Below, piece by piece: positions 25,717-34,628 of a stretch of DNA of 64,000 nucleotides. Below the pieces are notes generated by a model, which saw nothing but the letters and a program-made list of their open reading frames with translations, was not told the DNA's origin and did no database searches. Source of the DNA: Desulfurococcaceae archaeon (GTDB lineage: Archaea > Thermoproteota > Thermoprotei_A > Sulfolobales > Desulfurococcaceae); contig JAWBBW010000001.1 of assembly GCA_038824035.1 (NCBI GenBank), forward strand, positions 14,187 through 78,186. The letters run 5' to 3'. The position numbers and the translations under genes are program-made. The first letter of the stretch is position 1; the number at the start of each line of letters is the position of its first letter.

Positions 25717-28641
25717 CTATATCACGAAAAGAGCTGGTTTTAATGGAAGCGCTCTCTCAGCCTTTGGTATATTCCTGGCTCTCGCCTCATCTTCCCACAG
25801 GATCTCTATATCTAGCCCTAGTTTGTTTTTCAAATAGCTTACAACATGCTTGTAGACCTCGTATTCTCTCTTACTACTAGTCTTCAATATGTTTGTCAAG
25901 TCAATTTTCTTCAACGAGTTATAGGTATCCACAATCTCCATTTCCCTCCCCTTTAATCCATAACTAGTCCTCATGATGTCTATTATCACCTTTAAAGAGG
26001 TGTTTTGAACTATTGATCTCGCGATTTCTCGTTTCCACTCTGGTGCCACTATTATATAGGCCTTGCGAGGAGTTGTCTTGATCAACGATATTATCTCCCT
26101 TAGATCGTTTAGGACAGACTCTACGTTATCCACAATTATGTCGAGCTCCTCGTCCACGGGTTCCTTGATCACAGGCCACTTTGATATCGATAATATATCG
26201 GTGTAGCCTAGCATGGAATTTATCTCCTCTGTTAAGTGAGGTATGACAGGGTTTAACACTGTTATCCAATCTCTCAGGATCTTTCTCGTGCCTTGAACGT
26301 ATTTATCACCTACCATGTCCTTGTACTTATCTATCAACGACAATACATCGAAGAACGCCTTCTGCACATATTCCCTGATCTCCATTTCCTCTATTGCTTT
26401 CGTGGCTTCTTTTATTTTAGCGTAGAACTTGTCCATGAACCAGGTTGTATATATGTCCTGGCTCTGATTCGTCGATAACTCGTCGACCTCTATGGCCTGT
26501 TTCGCCATGTTTACGAATTTCATGAGACTATCGATCACCTTTTCAACCTCGGCCTCTCTCCAGTCAAGAACGCTATCAAGGTTTGCTGCCCACGCCATGT
26601 AGATTCTGAACAAGTCAGCTGAATATAAATTAGCTATGTCACGCAATGGTATGACATTGCCCTTGCTCTTAGACATCTTAGCACCCTCTCTTATCACTGT
26701 TTCATTGAGAGTGATTTTCCTGGGCACGTATTTCTCGGGGAATATTGATATATGGTGGAGTATGAAGAATGAGAGATGGTTTGATATATGTGGTATCGCG
26801 GTATGCCTGTGGTCTACGGGATACCAGTAAGTGAATTCCCTTCTCATTTTGTCCAAAACCTCTACGGGCACCCCAGCTTTAGATGAGATCTCGGCTGGAT
26901 CGCCTATACCCAGGAATACATAATCAAATACCTCAGGGGATAGCAACGAGGGATCTATGTTGTTTTCCCTGATCAAGTGAACTATGGTGTAAAAGGCCAT
27001 GTAAATCGTCGAATCACTTAGGCTCTCTATGATCCACTCCTCGTCCCATGGAAGTTTTGTACCTATTCCACGTTTCCTTGCACATGGCCTCTTGTCGAGC
27101 CAGTTCAGTGTGTCGAGGAACATTTTCTTATATTTCGCCGGTATTACCTCTATTATGTTGTTCTCCAGGTATTTCCTGGCCAGATCTTTGAGCCATTTCA
27201 AGCTGTAATTCAAAAACCATTGTCCTTTTATTTTAGCCACTATTATCTCTCCGCCTGATCTACACCAAGCCTTTCTATTCAATTCATAGAATGGGATTGC
27301 TAATCCATTGCTATAGAGCCTATCCTTGATTTTCTCCCTGGCATCTCTCACCAATAGCCCCTTGACATCGGGGTCATCTACAATCATTATGCCATTATAA
27401 AATTGCTCCCTATACACCTCTCTTGAAACATCTTCTAACCTGGGATCTAACTGGGATTTAATGCCCAATCTCTCAACTACCACTTGGGCGTGATGCCCTG
27501 TAATGCCGGGTACATGTATTATCTTGACAGGCTCTATTGCGTTGACAATTGATTGATCAATCCCGTATTTCTTAAGCAATTCTGGTTTATTCTTCAACTC
27601 GATGAGAGCTACGTAGTCGTAGGGCGCATCGCTTGGTTCTGAGTAGACAATGCCAGTAGCGTTCTCCTCGTCGACGAACTCCGCTGGCAATATTATAACT
27701 TGTTTTCCAAATGGTGAGACAACGTATTTGCCGATTAATTCTTTGCCCTCAATTATTTGCGTGATTTTTATTTCCTCTTCGGGGTGTTGATACTGGAACT
27801 TCATAAACGCCTTCTCAGATATCAGATATCTCTCTCCATTCCACTGAAACACTACGTATTTCGCCGATGGCTTGACCCATATGTTTGTAACACCGTATAT
27901 GGTTTCTGGCCGAAGCGTCGCCGCTAACAAGTATTCATCGCTGTCGACTAGTTTGAACTTAACAGCAACGTATTCAACCACTTCGACTGGGTTGACATCA
28001 GCGTCTTGGATATCATCCTCCCCCTCTGGTTGTTTGTGAAGCAAACAGTACGTAACCACGTGATCGCCCCTAGTAATCAGGTTCTTCTCCCATAATTTCA
28101 GATATTGCCACGTGATAAAGCGCTGATAAATAGGCTCACCTGTGTGGAATTTTCTACGCCAGTCAATGCTGTACCCTAATGCCTCGAAATCTGCCTGGAC
28201 CCTTTCAGCAAAGAAAACCGCCAGGTTTAACGGATCTTTAAAGGATTCAAGTATTTTCTCTACTTGAACAGGGTCTTGTACATAGTAGCTGATGTATTTC
28301 CTGTAGGAGTCAATGGTCTTTTGATCCCCTCTCGCGATCATTTCTGAGACAGCTAGTATAGGTGTTCCGGTTATGTGAAAAGCCATTGGGAACAACACGT
28401 TGTATCCACGCAATCTCTTATACCTCGCTACGATATCGCCAATTGTATAAGTCCTGCCATGCCCTATGTGTAGAGGGGCGTTTGTATAAGGGTATGGAAC
28501 TGTTATGAAATACTTGGGCCTATTCTCATCGGGCTCAGCTTCGAAAACCTTTTTCTCCCTCCATATGTTTTGCCATTTTCTTTCAACATTCCTCAACCAG
28601 GCTAGAAACTCCTGTCTTCTCTGAAAACTCAATCCATACAC
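25717..28641 (-). CDS. leuS: leucyl-tRNA synthetase (archaeal type)
   Basis: HIGH motif PLHIGHGRTY and KMSKS motif KMSKSKGN. 974 aa. GTG start. Confidence 0.95.
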   Translation of the reverse strand: MYGLSFQRRQEFLAWLRNVERKWQNIWREKKVFEAEPDENRPKYFITVPYPYTNAPLHIGHGRTYTIGDIVARYKRLRGYNVLFPMAFHITGTPILAVSEMIARGDQKTIDSYRKYISYYVQDPVQVEKILESFKDPLNLAVFFAERVQADFEALGYSIDWRRKFHTGEPIYQRFITWQYLKLWEKNLITRGDHVVTYCLLHKQPEGEDDIQDADVNPVEVVEYVAVKFKLVDSDEYLLAATLRPETIYGVTNIWVKPSAKYVVFQWNGERYLISEKAFMKFQYQHPEEEIKITQIIEGKELIGKYVVSPFGKQVIILPAEFVDEENATGIVYSEPSDAPYDYVALIELKNKPELLKKYGIDQSIVNAIEPVKIIHVPGITGHHAQVVVERLGIKSQLDPRLEDVSREVYREQFYNGIMIVDDPDVKGLLVRDAREKIKDRLYSNGLAIPFYELNRKAWCRSGGEIIVAKIKGQWFLNYSLKWLKDLARKYLENNIIEVIPAKYKKMFLDTLNWLDKRPCARKRGIGTKLPWDEEWIIESLSDSTIYMAFYTIVHLIRENNIDPSLLSPEVFDYVFLGIGDPAEISSKAGVPVEVLDKMRREFTYWYPVDHRHTAIPHISNHLSFFILHHISIFPEKYVPRKITLNETVIREGAKMSKSKGNVIPLRDIANLYSADLFRIYMAWAANLDSVLDWREAEVEKVIDSLMKFVNMAKQAIEVDELSTNQSQDIYTTWFMDKFYAKIKEATKAIEEMEIREYVQKAFFDVLSLIDKYKDMVGDKYVQGTRKILRDWITVLNPVIPHLTEEINSMLGYTDILSISKWPVIKEPVDEELDIIVDNVESVLNDLREIISLIKTTPRKAYIIVAPEWKREIARSIVQNTSLKVIIDIMRTSYGLKGREMEIVDTYNSLKKIDLTNILKTSSKREYEVYKHVVSYLKNKLGLDIEILWEDEARARNIPKAERALPLKPALFVI

Positions 28642-28746
28642 CCTGGCTTGTCCTATCCTTCATGTCATGTTTAGTTATTAAACATGAAGAAGCATTATTT
28701 AATAATTCTTGAAATAATACTCACTATACAGCTCGTGTGATTAGAT

Positions 28747-30393
28747 ATGGCCAAGCACTGGATCGATGAATTAGCCGATGCCCTTTACGAGAAACTGCTG
28801 AAAAGAGGAAAAGAGATTTACGTGTTCAACGGGGGTTTATCGGTATCTGGGCTTCAACATGTGGGTAGATTACGAGGCGAGATAATAATAACGGAGACCC
28901 TTCGAAAGATATTAAGCGCGAGAGGTCTTAGGATAAAACAATACCTCACGCTATATACACAGGATGCTTGGAAAGGCAAGGAATCGCAACTAAGTGTCTT
29001 CGAAAAACCAGATGAAGCATATAAGTACAAGGGCTGGCCATTGATAAGGGTCCCAGATCCAAAGGGCTGTCATAAAAACTGGGTAGATCATTACTGGGAG
29101 GATTTTGGCCCATTCATCAAAGACTTCACAGATGGCGAAATAGAGGTGATCACGACCACTGAGCTGTATAATACAAGGTTAAAGGAATTTGTCAATATAA
29201 CATTCGAGAAACGGAGAGAAGTAGTCAAGACCGTTAACAAGTATAGGGGTAGAAAGCCATATAGCGATGACTGGATACCGTTTGAGCCAATTTGTCAGAA
29301 CTGTGGTAGAATAGACACGACAGAGGCGATTAGGATTATAGACAAGGAGACAGTGGAGTATGTTTGCCAAAACTGTGGATTCCGCGGAGAAGCCAAGATC
29401 TCTGATGGGAAATTAATGTGGAGAATAGAATGGGTAGGTGTTTGGTGGGCGTTGAACGTGGATTTCGAACCATATGGAAAGGACCACGCGATGCCAGGTG
29501 GCAGTAGAGATAGTTGCGTAGACTTGGCTATCAATGTCTACGGTATACAGCCCCCAGAGGGATTACCCTATGAATGGGTAGAACTGAGGACGCCAGAGGG
29601 TAAATTAGCCGATATGGGGAGTAGCGATTTCATAGGGTTCACGCCCAGAGATTGGATCGAAGTAGCCCACCCTCATGTGTATAGGTTTATGGTGTTGAAG
29701 ACACCGCCTATGAAGAAATATAATGTGGGGCTTCACGAAATCCCACAGTACTATAACCTATACTTCAAGGCAGAGAGGATCTATTATGGATTGGAAAAAG
29801 CGAAGGACGATGAAGAGGAGGTTTTGATGAAGAGGAGCTATGAACTTAGCTATCCAAGAGGAGGGCCTCCACGTGAAATGCCAGAGCAAGTGTCATATAC
29901 GCATATAGCCATATTGGCTCAGATATTATCGCCAGATAAATGGGGCAATGAAGCATTGTCGCGATTGAGAATTAGCGGCCACATATCAGATCACCCGACT
30001 CAATACGGTGTTCGCAGGATCTTGGAGATGTTGCCGAAATCGTATAAATGGGTTGAAAAATATTCACCCCCTGATATGAGGTTTAAGCTAAATACCTATG
30101 AGGAGACAGCGTTATTCGCCAAGAAAATACCTGGCGATTTCAAGGAGATATTAGTGAAAATATATGAAAACCTAGCTGGTTTATCTGAGTGGAGAGAGGA
30201 TAATATAAAGAACGCCTTAATGGATATAACTAAGAACATGGATTCCACCACTGTCAAGAAATTCTATGAATACTTCTACACAATATTTGTTGGAAAAACA
30301 TATGGACCTAGAATAGCCCCGTTCCTAGCCCTTCTCAACAAGGAAGAGGTCCTCAGATACATAAAAACAGCCTTGGAAAACATGACTTATTGA
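28747..30393 (+). CDS. lysK: class I lysyl-tRNA synthetase
   Basis: Collinear with archaeal LysRS1: N-terminal HW.D, SGLQHVGRLRGE (HIGH-like), PYGKDHAMPGGSRDS, C-terminal FVGKTYGPRIAPFLALL. Confidence 0.85.
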   Translation: MAKHWIDELADALYEKLLKRGKEIYVFNGGLSVSGLQHVGRLRGEIIITETLRKILSARGLRIKQYLTLYTQDAWKGKESQLSVFEKPDEAYKYKGWPLIRVPDPKGCHKNWVDHYWEDFGPFIKDFTDGEIEVITTTELYNTRLKEFVNITFEKRREVVKTVNKYRGRKPYSDDWIPFEPICQNCGRIDTTEAIRIIDKETVEYVCQNCGFRGEAKISDGKLMWRIEWVGVWWALNVDFEPYGKDHAMPGGSRDSCVDLAINVYGIQPPEGLPYEWVELRTPEGKLADMGSSDFIGFTPRDWIEVAHPHVYRFMVLKTPPMKKYNVGLHEIPQYYNLYFKAERIYYGLEKAKDDEEEVLMKRSYELSYPRGGPPREMPEQVSYTHIAILAQILSPDKWGNEALSRLRISGHISDHPTQYGVRRILEMLPKSYKWVEKYSPPDMRFKLNTYEETALFAKKIPGDFKEILVKIYENLAGLSEWREDNIKNALMDITKNMDSTTVKKFYEYFYTIFVGKTYGPRIAPFLALLNKEEVLRYIKTALENMTY

Positions 30394-30424
30394 TGTTCTG
30401 CATTTCTACGAGGATGTCCTGGCC

Positions 30425-31171
30425 ATGGATGTCTCAGTGATCTTGCCAACATATAATGAGAGAGAGAACATAACTAAATTGATACCTATGATAGCGGAGG
30501 TGTTGAGAAATTACAGATATGAAATAATAGTTGTAGATGACAATAGCCCTGATGGCACAGCTGAAATCGCGTTAAAATTGGCTGAGAAATACCCAGTGAA
30601 AGTGATTAAACGCCCATCTAAGCTTGGATTAACCTCGGCGATTTACGAGGGGATATCGAATTCCTCGGGGAAGTACATAGTAATTATGGATGCCGATCTA
30701 CAACATCCACCAGAGGTTATACCATCTTTGATCATGGGTTTGGAACGATGCGATCTCGTTGTCGCATCTAGATATGTAAAGGGAGGTATGGTCACGGGTT
30801 TCCCTATCCATAGGAGACTGATATCCAGGGTCTCGATATTGTTGACCCACATACTCGTTGAAAGAACAAGAGCGGTTAAAGACCCTGTTAGCGGGTTTTT
30901 CTCCATCAGGAGAGAACACGCCCTTAAATGGAAACCATTGGTCCCAACAGGGTATAAGGCCCTAGTGGAGATCATCGGTTCATTGATTGATCTGAGCATA
31001 TGTGAGGAGCCATACGTATTCAGAGCAAGGCCTGGTGGTAGATCAAAGTTGTCGTTAAAAGTGATCCTTGCATACATTGTAACACTAGCCAAGTTGAGGC
31101 CTCTTCGCTTCGCTATGCTGTGTTTATTAGCAATAATATTAATAGCAGTGATCCTATATATTTCACTATAG
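30425..31171 (+). CDS. dolichyl-phosphate mannose synthase-like GT2 glycosyltransferase
   Basis: VILPTYNERENI, VVDDNSPDGT, MDADLQHPPE, and a C-terminal TM segment. Confidence 0.85.
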   Translation: MDVSVILPTYNERENITKLIPMIAEVLRNYRYEIIVVDDNSPDGTAEIALKLAEKYPVKVIKRPSKLGLTSAIYEGISNSSGKYIVIMDADLQHPPEVIPSLIMGLERCDLVVASRYVKGGMVTGFPIHRRLISRVSILLTHILVERTRAVKDPVSGFFSIRREHALKWKPLVPTGYKALVEIIGSLIDLSICEEPYVFRARPGGRSKLSLKVILAYIVTLAKLRPLRFAMLCLLAIILIAVILYISL

Positions 31172-31239
31172 TTTTTAAACCACCTCTGTATAGAATAGAA
31201 TGGCCTTATGCATGGATTACACTATTACAGCCTCAGTGA

Positions 31240-34200
31240 ATGGCGATCTATATGAACGAAGAGTGGAGCCTATCTGGGAAATATAATCCACATCAGGTCG
31301 AGGAGAAGGTTTTGAGATTCTGGGATGAGATCAAATTATATGAAATGATTAAGGCAAGGAATGCGCTGGGTAAAATGCAATTTAACTTCGTGGATGGCCC
31401 TCCCTACCCATCTGGTGACGTGCCACATCTAGGTACAGCGTGGAACAAGATATTAAAGGACATGGTGTTGCGATATTGGAGAATGAAAAACTACAAAGTA
31501 TTTGATAAACCGGGTTATGATTGCCATGGATTACCAATAGAGGTTAAGGTTGAACAGAAGCTAGGGATAAGAACTAAGAGAGAGATAGAGGAGAAAATAG
31601 GTATCGAGAGATTTATAGAAGAGTGCAAGAAACTCGCATTGACAAATCTACAAGCCATGACGAAGTGGTTTAAGGAATTAGGAATCCTAATGGACTGGGA
31701 TGACCCGTATCTAACCCTCAGAGACCAATACATCGAGGCAGAGTGGTGGTTGGTTAAGAGAGCGGATGAACTGGGATTACTGGAACAAGAGCAAAGAGTT
31801 GTATACTGGTGTCCCAGGTGCTCTACAACGCTTGCCGAGTATGAAGTGGAATACCATGAATTAGAGGATCCAAGTATTTACGTAAAGCTAAGGGTTAAGG
31901 GCCTCGAGGACACCTACCTGGTGATCTGGACGACGACGCCATGGACATTGCCGGCGAACATGTTTGTGATGATTAATCCAAATGAGCCATATGTCAAGGT
32001 CAAGGTTGGTAACGAGACATGGATCTTGGCCAAACAGAGAATATACAGTGTTATGAAGGAGTGTAATATTGATAGATACGAGATATTGGAGGAACTGCCC
32101 GGGTCAGAGCTAATTGGTTATGCATATGAACACCCGCTCGAAGACCTGGTGCCTCTTCAAAGAGAACTATCAAAATACCACGTGGCGTATCCAGCCCCAG
32201 AATATGTATCCATGTATGAGGGCTCTGGAATAGTGCATGCCGCGCCTGGGCACGGTTTTGAGGATTTCGAGATCGCCAAGAGGTATAGGATAGATCTGAT
32301 CGCGTGCCCTGTCGACGAAGAGGGGAAATTCACAAAGGAAACCGGTAAGTACAGTGGAATGTATGTTAGGGATGCTAATGAGCATATAATAAGTGATCTC
32401 AGGGAGAGGAAAGCACTCATATGGGCTGGTTCAATCAAGCATAAATACCCTGTTTGTTGGAGATGTAAGACGCCCGTAATACTCAGGGCGACAACTCAGT
32501 GGATCATAAGGATCAGTAAGTTGAAAAACAAGATCGCTGAAGAAGTTAGGAAAGTGGATTGGATCCCTCCATGGGCGCTGGATAGGATAATGAACATGAT
32601 AGAAAATCTGCAAGACTGGGTGATATCTCGTCAGAGATATTGGGGGACTCCATTACCAATATGGCTGTGTCCGAATGGCCATAAAGTGGTGATAGGTCGT
32701 TCAAGTGAATTGGAGAAACTAGGTGGATTTAAACCAAGAGAGCTTCATAGGCCGTGGATAGATCAGGTCGTTTTAAAGTGCCCAATATGTGGACATCAAA
32801 TGAGGCGTGTACCCGATGTAATGGATGTGTGGTTTGATAGCGGGGTTGCGTTTTATGCTTCCAAGGGTCATCCCGATGAACTGGGCTCGAGTGATATCGT
32901 GATGGATTTCATAACGGAGGGCCATGACCAGACACGTGGATGGTTTTTCTCATTGTTAAGAGCCGGCGTATTAGGATTCAATATCGCCCCCTATAAGGTT
33001 GTGCTTGTCCACGGCTTTATGCTCGATGAACAAGGCAGAGAGATGCATAAAAGCCTGGGGAACTACGTTGGAACAGATGAGGCTATATCAGCTATTGGAA
33101 GAGACCCATTGCGATTATGGCTCGCTAGCAACACTGTATGGGAGGATGCCAAGTTCTCGTGGAGAGAGTTAAAGGAAACAATAAGAGATCTCGATATATT
33201 ATGGAACACGGCTGTGTTTGCACATACATATATGTCCCTTGATAATTTCAACGCAGAAAACTATGCATTAAAGGATTACGTAAACTACCTGAGACCTGAA
33301 GACAGATGGATTATGAGTAGGATCAACGCTTTGATCAGCAAAGTAGACAAATACATGTCCCGATACGAGATACATGAAGCGGTTAGATCCATAAGGGAGT
33401 TTTTCGTGGAAGACCTAAGTCACTGGTATATAAGGATTGTGAGGCCAAGAGTATGGGTCGAGGAAAATGTACCGGACAAGATTGTTGTCTACATAGTTCT
33501 CCACTATATCCTGGATAGACTAGTGAGGCTTCTCGCGCTTGTAACACCGTTCATAGCCGAGTACATTTATCAAGCAATGTTCCGTAAATACCATAGCGAA
33601 TACAGCGTTAACTTATTGCAGCTCCCAGAGGTGGATGAGCAATTCATAGATACGGAGTTGGAGAATAAAATGATGGTTGTGAGAGAAATATATCAGGCAA
33701 CATCCAGGGCTAGGTCAAAGCTAAGACTCAAGTTAAGACAACCCATTAAAAGGCTCTTGGTTTATACAGATGACCAGCTCGTGATCGACGCTATCACGTC
33801 ACTCATAGAGGTCATTAGGCAAATAACCAACGCTAAAGAGGTCTCAGTGATGAGGACGGCCATGATCTCCGATATAATAAGGTATAAGGCAGAACCGCTT
33901 CACAGGGTTATTGGACCTAAGTACAGGGATTTAGCGAAAAGCGTGATAGAATATATTGAAAGGAATAGTGAGAGCATTGCAAGGGATATATTGGAAAAGG
34001 GAGTTCACAGATTCGTGATCGACGGCGAGGAGATAACATTGACGCGTAACGAGGTGAACATAGTTCCATATTACATGGAGGGCTATAGTGTGGAGGAGTG
34101 TAAATGGGGCGCTGTAGCCATAGATACAAGACTGGGGCCGGATGAGATAGCCGAGGGATTAGCTAGGGATATCGTGAGGAGAATACAAGTGATGAGGAAA

Positions 34201-34422
34201 ATCATGAACTTATCGCTCATGGCCAAGATAATAACACTGATCGTGGCGCCGGAGGATAAGCTCGAATTAGTGGATAAGATGAAAAACTATATCGCGGAAG
34301 AGACAAGGAGCAGTAAGATCATACTGACAAAGGATAAGAACATGGCTGGCACGTTGGGCGGATTAGTGGAGACATGGGAGATAGATGGAGATGAGTATAT
34401 AATAGAGATAAAAGAGGTTTGA
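31240..34422 (+). CDS. ileS: isoleucyl-tRNA synthetase
   Basis: PPYPSGDVPHLGTAWNK (HIGH), WCPRCSTTLAEYEVEY, MHKSLGN (KMSKS). 1060 aa. The start may instead be ATG 31252. Confidence 0.95.
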   Translation: MAIYMNEEWSLSGKYNPHQVEEKVLRFWDEIKLYEMIKARNALGKMQFNFVDGPPYPSGDVPHLGTAWNKILKDMVLRYWRMKNYKVFDKPGYDCHGLPIEVKVEQKLGIRTKREIEEKIGIERFIEECKKLALTNLQAMTKWFKELGILMDWDDPYLTLRDQYIEAEWWLVKRADELGLLEQEQRVVYWCPRCSTTLAEYEVEYHELEDPSIYVKLRVKGLEDTYLVIWTTTPWTLPANMFVMINPNEPYVKVKVGNETWILAKQRIYSVMKECNIDRYEILEELPGSELIGYAYEHPLEDLVPLQRELSKYHVAYPAPEYVSMYEGSGIVHAAPGHGFEDFEIAKRYRIDLIACPVDEEGKFTKETGKYSGMYVRDANEHIISDLRERKALIWAGSIKHKYPVCWRCKTPVILRATTQWIIRISKLKNKIAEEVRKVDWIPPWALDRIMNMIENLQDWVISRQRYWGTPLPIWLCPNGHKVVIGRSSELEKLGGFKPRELHRPWIDQVVLKCPICGHQMRRVPDVMDVWFDSGVAFYASKGHPDELGSSDIVMDFITEGHDQTRGWFFSLLRAGVLGFNIAPYKVVLVHGFMLDEQGREMHKSLGNYVGTDEAISAIGRDPLRLWLASNTVWEDAKFSWRELKETIRDLDILWNTAVFAHTYMSLDNFNAENYALKDYVNYLRPEDRWIMSRINALISKVDKYMSRYEIHEAVRSIREFFVEDLSHWYIRIVRPRVWVEENVPDKIVVYIVLHYILDRLVRLLALVTPFIAEYIYQAMFRKYHSEYSVNLLQLPEVDEQFIDTELENKMMVVREIYQATSRARSKLRLKLRQPIKRLLVYTDDQLVIDAITSLIEVIRQITNAKEVSVMRTAMISDIIRYKAEPLHRVIGPKYRDLAKSVIEYIERNSESIARDILEKGVHRFVIDGEEITLTRNEVNIVPYYMEGYSVEECKWGAVAIDTRLGPDEIAEGLARDIVRRIQVMRKIMNLSLMAKIITLIVAPEDKLELVDKMKNYIAEETRSSKIILTKDKNMAGTLGGLVETWEIDGDEYIIEIKEV

Positions 34423-34427
34423 ATATT

Positions 34428-34447
34428 TCGATCAATGAATTGATCGA
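34428..34447. repeat. perfect 9-bp inverted repeat with a 2-nt spacer (TCGATCAAT GA ATTGATCGA)
   Basis: Read directly. Starts 6 nt after the ileS stop codon, in the convergent ileS/rad50 gap. Confidence 0.9.
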
Positions 34448-34628
34448 GGAAGCAGGGGCTTTAAAATAGCCGTATACCATATCAACAAGATCGCATGACA
34501 ATGGTGATCCCAGTAGTGGGCATATCTCGGCGTGAATGTTAAAAATCAGGGATGTATTCATTGCTTTAATGGTGTTAGGATAAATAGAGGAATAATTGAA
34601 GGCTCTCTGGGCTATTCCCTGGGCACTT

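Noticed and set aside
25717-34422. Clustering of three aminoacyl-tRNA synthetase genes (leuS, lysK, ileS), with proS 17 kb further on, as a possible functional island.
   Set aside because: They sit on different strands, have separate promoters, and are interspersed with an unrelated glycosyltransferase gene. This is consistent with ordinary core-genome organisation.
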